This document shows positions 9,497 through 18,297 of a DNA stretch of 64,000 bases, piece after piece; within the stretch, counting starts at the first letter, position 1, and each line of letters opens with the position of its first letter. This stretch comes from Candidatus Hodarchaeota archaeon (lineage in GTDB: Archaea; Asgardarchaeota; Lokiarchaeia; Sigyniarchaeales; SOKP01), in the NCBI GenBank assembly GCA_048887225.1, contig JBHLJY010000006.1, positions 1 to 64,000 of the forward strand, read 5' to 3'. Under the pieces are notes generated by a model that did not search any database, was not told the DNA's origin, and was given only the letters and a program-made list of their open reading frames with translations. A program made the position numbers and the translations under genes.

Positions 9497-9883
9497 TTAA
9501 TATTTAAAGTCGTGAGTATGCTCAGAGTAATTAATGCAGCTAGAACCCATTAAAGGCTTTAATTTTTCTTTCAATAGAAGTTTCACATTGTTCTCTATGG
9601 TATCACTTACACCTTGATATAAGTTTATACCAATTTGTTGAAATCCAACGAAAGGACGTCCACCAATACCACCTACGATCATATCTGTAACATTTCTTTC
9701 TTTCATATTCATGACAGGTTCCATACATCCAGAATGTTCCTCATTGCGTAAAGAAAATACTCTTTTAAAACTGTTTTCATCAATTACTTCAATTCCAACA
9801 AAATATTTACAATGACCAAAATGAACTGAAATCTCGTCGAATAATTCAGGTCCATTAGAAGGGATTCCAATAATTCTTTTCAT
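9497..9883 (-). CDS. NifB/NifX family protein (third paralog)
   Basis: HFGHCKYF, HSGCMEPV, VGGIGGRP. Confidence 0.88.
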   Translation of the reverse strand: MKRIIGIPSNGPELFDEISVHFGHCKYFVGIEVIDENSFKRVFSLRNEEHSGCMEPVMNMKERNVTDMIVGGIGGRPFVGFQQIGINLYQGVSDTIENNVKLLLKEKLKPLMGSSCINYSEHTHDFKY

Positions 9884-9953
9884 ATTCTAATACTCACTAC
9901 TTTTTGATATTTTTTTATTGTGATAGTAAAACGTTTTTTAATATATATAATTT

Positions 9954-9969
9954 ATGAATGATTATTCAT
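9954..9969. promoter_or_regulatory. 16-bp operator, copy 5 (ATGAATGATTATTCAT)
   Basis: Exact reverse complement of copy 1; in the divergent nifX3/cdhA spacer. Confidence 0.82.
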
Positions 9970-10014
9970 TAAACTTATATAATAAAGGACTTTTTATTAT
10001 TATAATATGTGTTT

Positions 10015-10030
10015 ATGAATGGTTATTCAT
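10015..10030. promoter_or_regulatory. 16-bp operator, copy 6 (ATGAATGGTTATTCAT)
   Basis: 61 bp after copy 5 and ~30 bp upstream of the likely cdhA start. Confidence 0.78.
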
Positions 10031-10061
10031 ATTTAGATATTTAAAAAATGAAGTGAAGAAA

Positions 10062-12410
10062 TTGAGTAAAAAAGGTGCAAAAATCAAAATAGATGAATAT
10101 AAAGGACCCTTAGGTTCAATTAAAGGATTTGAATTGACTACAGGTAAGGTAAGCTGGGGAGACGAGACTGAATGGGAACCTATAGGACCACATCCAATGC
10201 CTCATATCCCGACCCTACGCAGTTGGTTTTTTAAGTTAATGGAAAGATATAAACCTTTTTACATGCCTATATGTGATATGTGCTGTCTTTGCACATATGG
10301 GAAATGTAATCTCTCAAAAGGCAGAACTGGTGCATGTGGGATTAATATGGAAACTCAACAAGCGAGAATTGTTGAAGTAGCTTGCTGTATTGGTGCAGCG
10401 TGTCATAGCGCTCATGGGGATCACTTACTTCATTGGTTAAAAGAGAAATATGGAAATGTGCCAATTAATTTCGGTAATAATATCGCCGTGGAAATGCCAC
10501 ACACTCGATTAGTAGTGGGGATGAAACCAGAAACTTTAGAAGATCTTGAGACGGCAATGGAATGGGTACACTTTATAATTACACACTTACTTGCTGCTGG
10601 ACATACAGGTCAAGAATCTAACTATTTAGACTTTGAAGCTAAAAGCTTTTTAGCAGGGCTTGCAGATTCTGTGGGTATGGAAATAAGTGATGCTGTCCAG
10701 ATTGCAGCATATGGATTTCCTATGGGGGATCCTGATGTCCCTATTGTTGAGTTAGGAATGGGAACTATGGATCCAGAAAATAAAGCAGTAATTTTAATGA
10801 TTGGTCACAATGTTGCACCTGGTGTCGAATTGGTAGATTATATTAGAGAAAAAGGATATGATGATAAAGTAGATGTTGGCGCAATCTGTTGTACAGCTCA
10901 TGATTTGACAAGATACTACGACGGTGCAAAAATCATTGGCTCTATGTCGAGACAACTACATTTCATTCGGTCCGGTCTGGCCGATGTGGTGATGGTCGAC
11001 GAGCAATGTGTTAATTTAAGAAGCTTCGAGCAAGCTCAACTTGTAGATGCTCCTTTTATTGCAACAAATGAGAAGATTATGGGTGGACTTCCAGACAGAA
11101 CAAATGATCCAACAATAGAAATTGTTGATGATTTAATAAGCGGTAAAATGCCAGGAGTTTTAATACTGGATCCAATAAAAGCCGGTGAAGTTGCTGCTGA
11201 AACTGCATTAAAAGTGAAACCAATAAGGAATGCGAAAAGCGGTCTACCAGACGAGCAGGGTTGCATTGATATGGCAATGAGATGTAATGGATGTAGCAAT
11301 TGTCAACGAAACTGTCCAAATGATTTGCCACTGGTAGAAGGTATTAATTTAGTTAAAGAAGGTAATTTTTCTGTTTTAGAGGGAGTTTTTGATGAATGTC
11401 TAGGATGTGGACGATGCGAATCCGATTGTATGAAAAATGTTTCTCCTTTAACTTTATTAATGTATGCTGGCAGAGAAAAGATTAGAACAGAGAGATTTAA
11501 ATGTAGAGTTGGCAGAGGACCTATAATGGATACAGAAATTCGAAATGTAGGTGCTCCAATTGTTTTTGGAGAAATCCCAGGAATTGTTGCCATAATAGGT
11601 TGTGCAAATTATGGAAAAAAGATACAAGAATTATATGTTATGGCAGAAGAATTTTGTAAGAGAAATTATATCGTTGTGGTTTCTGGTTGCGGAGCTATGG
11701 ATATTGGTCTTGTAAAGAATGAAGAGGGATTGACTTTATATGATAGATTTTCTGGCGATTTTGATAGAGGGGGTTTAGTAAATGTTGGTTCGTGCGTTTC
11801 GAATCCACACATTACTGGGGCTGCTTGCAAAGTTGCAAATATTTTTGCCAGGCGTCCTTTAAGGGGTAATTTTGAAGAAATTGCAGATTATATACTTAAT
11901 CGTGTAGGAGCTGTTGGTGTTGCATGGGGTGCGATGAGTCAGAAAGCTGCAAGCATCGCAAGTATGGCCAACGGCCTAGGTATCCCTGCAGTAATAGGAC
12001 CACACGCAGCAGAATATAGGAGAATATACATTGGTAGATCAGATGACGAAAATACTTGGAAAGTGTTTAATGCTAGAGATGGAACACCAGATCATTTAGT
12101 AGGTCCTGGTCCAGAACATTTATTAACAACTGCTGAATCAATTGAACAAGCTATATGCTTAGTTGCTAAAATGTGTTTAAGACCTGCTGATAATTCAAAA
12201 GGTAGAATGATAAAATTATCTCATTGGATTGATTTAGAAAGGAAGTACAAAGGTGTTAAATTTCCAAACGATTTAGAGAAATTTATCCGTGTTGAGACAG
12301 ACATTCCAATTAACATAAAAACTGAGATATCAGATTATCTCGAAGAGAAGGGATGGAAACCAAAAGAAGTGATTGATCCTACTTTACTCGAGAGACTTTG
12401 TCATAGTTAA
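10062..12410 (+). CDS. cdhA: CO dehydrogenase/acetyl-CoA synthase complex alpha subunit (archaeal CODH)
   Basis: CDMCCLCTYGKC...GACG; C-cluster ligand motifs GHNV, ICCTAHD, DEQC, GCAN, SGCG, GSCVSN; two ferredoxin motifs. The ORF-track start (9954) lies inside an operator, so TTG 10062 or GTG 10053 is more plausible. Confidence 0.95.
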   Translation: MSKKGAKIKIDEYKGPLGSIKGFELTTGKVSWGDETEWEPIGPHPMPHIPTLRSWFFKLMERYKPFYMPICDMCCLCTYGKCNLSKGRTGACGINMETQQARIVEVACCIGAACHSAHGDHLLHWLKEKYGNVPINFGNNIAVEMPHTRLVVGMKPETLEDLETAMEWVHFIITHLLAAGHTGQESNYLDFEAKSFLAGLADSVGMEISDAVQIAAYGFPMGDPDVPIVELGMGTMDPENKAVILMIGHNVAPGVELVDYIREKGYDDKVDVGAICCTAHDLTRYYDGAKIIGSMSRQLHFIRSGLADVVMVDEQCVNLRSFEQAQLVDAPFIATNEKIMGGLPDRTNDPTIEIVDDLISGKMPGVLILDPIKAGEVAAETALKVKPIRNAKSGLPDEQGCIDMAMRCNGCSNCQRNCPNDLPLVEGINLVKEGNFSVLEGVFDECLGCGRCESDCMKNVSPLTLLMYAGREKIRTERFKCRVGRGPIMDTEIRNVGAPIVFGEIPGIVAIIGCANYGKKIQELYVMAEEFCKRNYIVVVSGCGAMDIGLVKNEEGLTLYDRFSGDFDRGGLVNVGSCVSNPHITGAACKVANIFARRPLRGNFEEIADYILNRVGAVGVAWGAMSQKAASIASMANGLGIPAVIGPHAAEYRRIYIGRSDDENTWKVFNARDGTPDHLVGPGPEHLLTTAESIEQAICLVAKMCLRPADNSKGRMIKLSHWIDLERKYKGVKFPNDLEKFIRVETDIPINIKTEISDYLEEKGWKPKEVIDPTLLERLCHS

Positions 12411-12455
12411 AATCAGATAAATTGACACCTCACATATCAATAGTGTTAGAAGCTT

Positions 12456-12938
12456 ATGTTAAATAAAGTATTTAAAGAAGATGAAATAATAATAAGAAAT
12501 TATAGAACTTCAGATTATCACGCTACTTTAGAAATATTAAAACAACTCCATGAGATATATGATATTGGGTTAAAGGAAAAGCAATGGAAGAAATCTTCTG
12601 GTTTAAGGCAATTTAAACCAAATTTAAAACGTATAACTTTAATTGCTGAACTAAAATCAACTGGCGATGTTGTATGTATGGGAGTAATCGAAGCTTTAAG
12701 AAATCCTTTAGGGCAATATATTGGATACTTAAATAATTGGGCTACTAAAAAAGAGTTTATAGGTAAAGGTATAGGCAAAATTTTAGCAGATAAAGCTATA
12801 TCAATTTTAAGATCATGGGGTTGTGAATCAATAAGAATTAATCTTGGTTATGGGATCTCTGAAAAGTTGATTAAGGTGTTTGAACGCACACGATTCAAGC
12901 CCATTATGATAGTTTTAGAAAAGAGATTTGATAAATAA
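12456..12938 (+). CDS. GNAT family N-acetyltransferase
   Basis: IIIRNY...EFIGKGIGKIL acetyl-CoA motif. Confidence 0.75.
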   Translation: MLNKVFKEDEIIIRNYRTSDYHATLEILKQLHEIYDIGLKEKQWKKSSGLRQFKPNLKRITLIAELKSTGDVVCMGVIEALRNPLGQYIGYLNNWATKKEFIGKGIGKILADKAISILRSWGCESIRINLGYGISEKLIKVFERTRFKPIMIVLEKRFDK

Positions 12939-13002
12939 ATTTATCTTTCAATTGAGTTGTTAAAACCTAAGGATAATAAGAATAAAAATCGCAGTATAGA
13001 AA

Positions 13003-14424
13003 ATGAATGATTTTAAAGTAAATGATTATATAACACTCAAACTTGAAAATAATAAAACGGTTATTTATTTAAATAATGAAAAGTTTGTTCAGTGTAAATA
13101 TTTATTAATAAATATACCGATAAATAAAACCTCTTTATTTGATGATATTGCATCTATTGATGATATAGCAGAGATGTTGGATCATTCAATGGAAGCCAAT
13201 AAAGATATGGGATTAAAAATATCTCCAAAAACCGAATTTTGGGGTCATTGTTCAAATCTCCAAGTTTGGTATGAAAATAATTACAATTCATGCTTATTAC
13301 ATAGAAGTTTAGCGTTCCCTATGCTTAAAAGATTGACAGAAATAGGGGATCCTATCGCAAAGAAAGTTTTTAAAGATGAAATCGCTTTTAGATTTACAAA
13401 CGGTCCTCTTAATATTATGAATTATTTAATGGAGGAAGGTTATTTAAATTACTTGAGTGAGGAAGAATTTGGATCGTTATTAATGGATATTAAAAAGAAG
13501 AAAATCGATTTTATCATTTATCCTGAGAGAAAATTAGAATTTGTAGAAAATGGTACATTAGACTTAAAGAACAAAGGTATTGATGACTTAGCTAAAATTG
13601 TAGGTCTTGAAAGCATTAAAACAAATATAGAATTGAATTTAATAAATAACCAATTAATGATGTTACCTGAGTCGATTGGTGATTTAAAATCTTTACAAAG
13701 ACTTTATTTAGACTGGAATAAATTAAAAATATTACCAGAGTCGATTGGCGACTTAAAATCGCTACAAGAACTTTGTCTAAGAAACAATGATTTAAAAATA
13801 TTACCAGAGTCGATAGGCGACTTAAAATCGCTTAAACAGTTGGATTTAAGTGGAAATAACTTAACAGCCATTCCAGAGACTATAGGTAATTTATGGTCGT
13901 TACAAGAATTATATTTAGATGATAATCGAATAATGATGTTGCCAGAGTCGATTGGCGACTTAAAATCGCTACAAACTCTTTATTTAAGAAATAATCACCT
14001 TACATCGCTCCCGGAGGCCATAGGCAATTTACAAATGCTTAAAAGATTAGATTTAAGTGAAAATGAATTAATTATTCTTCCAGAATCTATTGGCAACTTA
14101 AAATTACTTCAGGAAGTTTTTTTAGAACACAATCAATTAATAACACTCCCAGAAACTATAGGAAATTTACATTCACTTCAAAAATTATTCTTAAGTTGGA
14201 ATAATTTAAAAGCACTTCCAAATTCCATTGGAAAATTGCATTCTCTCAAAATATTGAATTTATATGATAATCACCTAATTAAGCTCCCAAGATCTATCAA
14301 TAGATTACATTCTCTCTCAGATCTCTATTTAGTCGGAAACGAATTAACAGCAAAACCAGCATCTATTAATAATTCTACATTACTTCAAAAATTGGAAAGT
14401 AGGGGTATAGAAGTTTATAAATAA
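13003..14424 (+). CDS. Leucine-rich repeat protein with Lokiarchaeia-type N-terminal domain
   Basis: FKVNDYITLKLE...EFWGHCSNLQVW...LAFPMLKRL N-terminus followed by ~11 23-aa LRRs (LPESIGDLKSLQxLxLxxNxL). Confidence 0.9.
   Translation: MNDFKVNDYITLKLENNKTVIYLNNEKFVQCKYLLINIPINKTSLFDDIASIDDIAEMLDHSMEANKDMGLKISPKTEFWGHCSNLQVWYENNYNSCLLHRSLAFPMLKRLTEIGDPIAKKVFKDEIAFRFTNGPLNIMNYLMEEGYLNYLSEEEFGSLLMDIKKKKIDFIIYPERKLEFVENGTLDLKNKGIDDLAKIVGLESIKTNIELNLINNQLMMLPESIGDLKSLQRLYLDWNKLKILPESIGDLKSLQELCLRNNDLKILPESIGDLKSLKQLDLSGNNLTAIPETIGNLWSLQELYLDDNRIMMLPESIGDLKSLQTLYLRNNHLTSLPEAIGNLQMLKRLDLSENELIILPESIGNLKLLQEVFLEHNQLITLPETIGNLHSLQKLFLSWNNLKALPNSIGKLHSLKILNLYDNHLIKLPRSINRLHSLSDLYLVGNELTAKPASINNSTLLQKLESRGIEVYK
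13666..13974 (+). repeat. 69-bp-period near-identical LRR coding repeats
   Basis: Units start at 13666, 13735, 13804 and 13942; the 33-mer CCAGAGTCGATTGGCGACTTAAAATCGCTACAA is identical at 13735 and 13942. Confidence 0.85.
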
Positions 14425-14487
14425 ACTTTTCAGTATTAATAAAATCCTACTAGATTATAAAAATTTACTGAATAAAATATAAAAGAC

Positions 14488-14539
14488 AAGATATTCTATA
14501 TTAGGGAAACAGAATAATTTGAATATGAATAATCATTTA
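14488..14539 (+). promoter_or_regulatory. 52-bp promoter cassette copy A, containing operator copy 7 (ATGAATAATCATTTAT, 14525-14540)
   Basis: AAGATATTCTATATTAGGGAAACAGAATAATTTGAATATGAATAATCATTTA; 51/52 identical to 15681-15732. Confidence 0.88.
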
Positions 14540-14580
14540 TAAATAATAATTCAAAATTTTAAAACTGAGAAGAAATCAAC

Positions 14581-15597
14581 ATGAGTGTAGATATATATGA
14601 TGGAATAGAAAGTGGGAATTTAATAATTAGAGTTTTAACGACAAATTCAGTTGTTTCGACTTTATTAACGGATGAGAAATTTCAAGGAAAAGTTATTCAA
14701 CCTCAAACTAATGGAAGTAAATTAATAGCAGAACATGGGCTTGCTATGAGTCTTGAAATAACCGAAGGAGAGAGCAAAAAAATGTTTCTTTTGGATGCGG
14801 GGGGGCCAAAAAATACAATTATTCAGAATGCTCAGGCAATAGGAATTAATTTTAGTGATTATGATAAGTTGTTATTAAGTCATGGGCACATTGATCATTA
14901 TGGAGGTTTTTTTAAAGTTCTACCTCAATTAAAGGAAGGTTGTGAAATAATATTAACTCCAAATTCATACAATCAACACGTTATATATTTACCAAAATCT
15001 GGTCGATCTCATTATAAGCCCGAAGAATTGACAGAAAACCTTCGTGAATTACAAAAACAAAATACTTTTAGTTTTAGCTTTAAATTACCACCTTTAAAAA
15101 AATCCATAATTGAAAACTTGGCAAATCAACATAATCTTAAAATAGTAGAAACACCTGCCCCTATTAAATTAACAAATGGCATAATTACAAGCGGAGAAAT
15201 AGAACTGTTTGATGAGAACGAGGTCACAAAGGGAATGTATCTCATGAAAGGAAGAAAAGAATTTGCCAAAAATTTCTTCAGGGACGAGATTTCAATATAT
15301 ATTAATGTAAAAGATAAAGGTTTAGTTGTGATAACGGGCTGTGGACATACAGGTATTATAAACATTATTAAACATGGGCAAAAGCTAACTGGAATTGATA
15401 AATTATATGCTGTAATTGGTGGATTTCATAAGGAATGGGAAAAACCTCAAGACATTGAAGCCTCTGTAGAATTTATTGAGGATCTTAATCCTGAGATAAC
15501 TTGTGGGATGCATTGTACCGGTTTTGAATTTAATAAAATTATGTCAAGGCATCCGTCTCACACATTTGGAATAGTGGGAACAGAATTTCATTTATAA
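14581..15597 (+). CDS. MBL-fold metallo-hydrolase (COG1237-type)
   Basis: AEHGLA, LLDAG, LSHGHIDHYGG, ITGCGHTG, IGGFH, GMHCTG. Confidence 0.9.
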   Translation: MSVDIYDGIESGNLIIRVLTTNSVVSTLLTDEKFQGKVIQPQTNGSKLIAEHGLAMSLEITEGESKKMFLLDAGGPKNTIIQNAQAIGINFSDYDKLLLSHGHIDHYGGFFKVLPQLKEGCEIILTPNSYNQHVIYLPKSGRSHYKPEELTENLRELQKQNTFSFSFKLPPLKKSIIENLANQHNLKIVETPAPIKLTNGIITSGEIELFDENEVTKGMYLMKGRKEFAKNFFRDEISIYINVKDKGLVVITGCGHTGIINIIKHGQKLTGIDKLYAVIGGFHKEWEKPQDIEASVEFIEDLNPEITCGMHCTGFEFNKIMSRHPSHTFGIVGTEFHL

Positions 15598-15680
15598 TTT
15601 GCTATATCCTCTTTTTTTTTAATCTTGAATAAATATTCTTTTATTAAGTAATTTAAATATCATTATAAAATAGAAAAGAA

Positions 15681-15732
15681 AAGATATTTTATATTAGGGA
15701 AACAGAATAATTTGAATATGAATAATCATTTA
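15681..15732 (+). promoter_or_regulatory. 52-bp promoter cassette copy B, containing operator copy 8 (ATGAATAATCATTTAA, 15718-15733)
   Basis: 51/52 identical to 14488-14539; upstream of feoA. Confidence 0.88.
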
Positions 15733-15778
15733 AAATATTATTGAAAAAAAAATTTTTTAAGAAGAAGCAAAAACCATT

Positions 15779-16060
15779 ATGGAAACACCTAAGAATAATA
15801 ATAAGGGTACACCCTTAATAAAATGTTTAATTGAATGTAAAGAAGGAGAAGAACTTATTGTATTAAGAGTATATGCGGGTTTCATGGCAAAAAGAAGACT
15901 TGCTCATTTAGGAGTTGTTCCTGGAGTTAAAATAATTAAAAAAAAAGCGGCTCCGTTTCGAGGTCCTATTGAGATAATAGTGAAAGGATCATCATTGGTT
16001 ATAGGCAGAGGCTTGGCAAGTAAAATTATGGTGAAATGTGAAGGTTCTTGCATTCTTTAA
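15779..16060 (+). CDS. feoA: Ferrous iron transport protein A
   Basis: RRLAHLGVVPG, APFRGP, GRGLASKI; directly upstream of feoB. Confidence 0.92.
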   Translation: METPKNNNKGTPLIKCLIECKEGEELIVLRVYAGFMAKRRLAHLGVVPGVKIIKKKAAPFRGPIEIIVKGSSLVIGRGLASKIMVKCEGSCIL

Positions 16061-16122
16061 TTATTTCATATCTAGACTTAAATATTTTGATCTATAATAT
16101 AATAAGTCAAAAAAACTGAAAT

Positions 16123-18294
16123 TTGATTAGTTTTGAAAAAAAAATGAGTAACCATAAATCTATAAAAAAGAAGATTAAAAAAAATGGAAAATATAAAGAT
16201 ACAATTAATATTGCTTTAGCAGGTAACGCTAATGTAGGAAAATCAGTTATATTTAATCAACTTACTGGTCTTTCTCAAACTATAGGAAATTGGCCAGGAA
16301 AAACAGTAGAAAGAATGGAAGGACATTTGAATTTTTTAGGATATCGTTTTAATATCGTAGATTTGCCTGGTATTTATTCTCTTTCAACATATTCCCTAGA
16401 GGAAATTGTGACTAGAGAATATATAGTTTCAGATGAAGTTGATATCATAATTAATGTAATTGACGCAACAAATCTCGAACGCAATTTATTTTTTACATTC
16501 CAGTTATTAGAATTAAAAGTTCCCCTTATTTTAGCTATTAATCAATTAGATCTTTTATATAAAAGAAATATTGAACTTGACTTTGAAAAGTTAGAAAAGA
16601 TTTTTAAATTGCCAATTATTCCTGTCGTAGCAGTTCATGGAACGGGAGTACATCAATTACTTGAAGAAGCGATTGAATTGGTTTTCTATCATCATCCTCA
16701 TTATCATTACGAGATTGATGGTAAAAAAGTTCACGAAAATCTTACTCATGATCAAAATCTTATAGAAATAAGTAAAAAAATTAGTGGTGGGACGATCTCT
16801 ACAAAGCAAGCTTTTCAATTTCCTGATTTATCTTCTATACTTTCTTATGGTAAAGAAATTGAGACAAAAATAAGAGATTTAGTTAAAGAAATTGACACTT
16901 ATCAGGAATATTTTTCGCTATATAATTATCCTTCACGATTTTTGGCAATTAAAATAATAGAAAACGACGAAGAAATAAGAAAAATTTTTGAAGCTAACGA
17001 AAGGATTAGTGAAATAGCAAATTTGGCTGATATATATCGAAATGAATTAGAGGATTATCATGGTGAAGATATCAATACAATTATATCCTCGGAGATTTAC
17101 AATAATATCAATAATATAATTGAAAAAGTTGTGATAGTAAAAACTCGTAGAGAAAAGAAAACCACTTTAGCTGAGAAGCTTGATCATTTGACGACGCACT
17201 CTGTTTGGGGGTATATTATTTTAGCACTTATTATTTTTGGTATATATGCTTTTACATTTTTTATTGGGGATTTTTTAGGAGGTCTAGTAGATGAACTATA
17301 TATATATTGGAGTAAAGATGTCTATGCTACCTACGGTCGAAACAATTTCTGGGTTAAACTTATCTGGGATGGAGCCGTAGGTGGTTTTTTTGGAGGAGTA
17401 GGTGGAGTATTAGTTTATGTGATCCCATTCTTTTTAATAATTGAAATTCTACAAGACTCCGGTTATTTGCCGAGAGCCGCATTTCTTATGGATAGAATAA
17501 TGCATATCATAGGTGTACATGGTAAAACTATTATTCCTATGATTTTAGGATTTGGCTGTAATGTTCCAGCTTGTGCAGGTTGTAGAATTATGGAAACTGA
17601 GCGTGAGAAAAAGTTATCTATCGTGTTAACATCTCTTATTCCTTGTGCTGCAGTGATGACTGTTGTTTTAGGATTAGTTGGACGTTATTTGGGTTTATTT
17701 TGGATTCTAGTATTATTAATGATTAATTTTACTGTGATATTAATTGTTGGGAGATTATTAAATAAAATTATGTCAGGTCAATGTACAGAATTAATTATGG
17801 AAATGCATGAATATCGAGTTCCAAATTATAATATTATATTAAAACAAACTTATCTTAGAAGCAAAGAATTTATTTTCAAAGCACTGCCTTTAATAGTTAT
17901 TTTTGGTATTTTATTGGAAATTATGCTAATTTTCAATTTACTTAATCCAGCTAATGAAGTTTTATCACCAATTACAGTTTTTTGGTTAGGATTACCAATG
18001 ATCTGTGGTGTTTTTTTGATTTATGGAATTTTACGAAAAGAATTAACCTTAGTTCTTCTTGCTATATTAGCAAATGCTTTAGGATTAACACTTTTAGAAC
18101 TTATGACACCTATTCAGATGATTATTTTCTGTTTGGTTACTATGTTATATATTCCATGTCTGGCCGCTATAATAATTATTGCTAAACAAACGAGTTGGAG
18201 ATATGCCTTAGAAGTATCATTGATGGAAATATGTGTAGCTTTATTAATAGGTGGAGCTATCCATTGGGGTTATATTTTCTTTGTTAATCTTTGA
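16123..18294 (+). CDS. feoB: Ferrous iron transport protein B
   Basis: GNANVGKS, GNWPGKTVE, DLPGIYSL, SGYLPR, GFGCNVPA, LYIPC; the start may be the ATG at 16144. Confidence 0.95.
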   Translation: MISFEKKMSNHKSIKKKIKKNGKYKDTINIALAGNANVGKSVIFNQLTGLSQTIGNWPGKTVERMEGHLNFLGYRFNIVDLPGIYSLSTYSLEEIVTREYIVSDEVDIIINVIDATNLERNLFFTFQLLELKVPLILAINQLDLLYKRNIELDFEKLEKIFKLPIIPVVAVHGTGVHQLLEEAIELVFYHHPHYHYEIDGKKVHENLTHDQNLIEISKKISGGTISTKQAFQFPDLSSILSYGKEIETKIRDLVKEIDTYQEYFSLYNYPSRFLAIKIIENDEEIRKIFEANERISEIANLADIYRNELEDYHGEDINTIISSEIYNNINNIIEKVVIVKTRREKKTTLAEKLDHLTTHSVWGYIILALIIFGIYAFTFFIGDFLGGLVDELYIYWSKDVYATYGRNNFWVKLIWDGAVGGFFGGVGGVLVYVIPFFLIIEILQDSGYLPRAAFLMDRIMHIIGVHGKTIIPMILGFGCNVPACAGCRIMETEREKKLSIVLTSLIPCAAVMTVVLGLVGRYLGLFWILVLLMINFTVILIVGRLLNKIMSGQCTELIMEMHEYRVPNYNIILKQTYLRSKEFIFKALPLIVIFGILLEIMLIFNLLNPANEVLSPITVFWLGLPMICGVFLIYGILRKELTLVLLAILANALGLTLLELMTPIQMIIFCLVTMLYIPCLAAIIIIAKQTSWRYALEVSLMEICVALLIGGAIHWGYIFFVNL

Positions 18295-18297
18295 ACT

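Noticed and set aside
3813-9883. Nitrogen fixation cluster (NifU, NifB/NifX names)
   Set aside because: No nifH/D/K/E/N. The P-loop proteins are Mrp and COG1149 types, and NifX folds are widespread in non-diazotrophs.
9954-10061. 36-aa N-terminal extension of CdhA from the ORF track
   Set aside because: It is AT-rich promoter sequence containing two operators; the ATG is part of the palindrome.
1133-15733. CRISPR or tandem array explanation for the repeated palindromes
   Set aside because: Copies are dispersed singly or in pairs in promoters, with no spacer periodicity and no cas genes.
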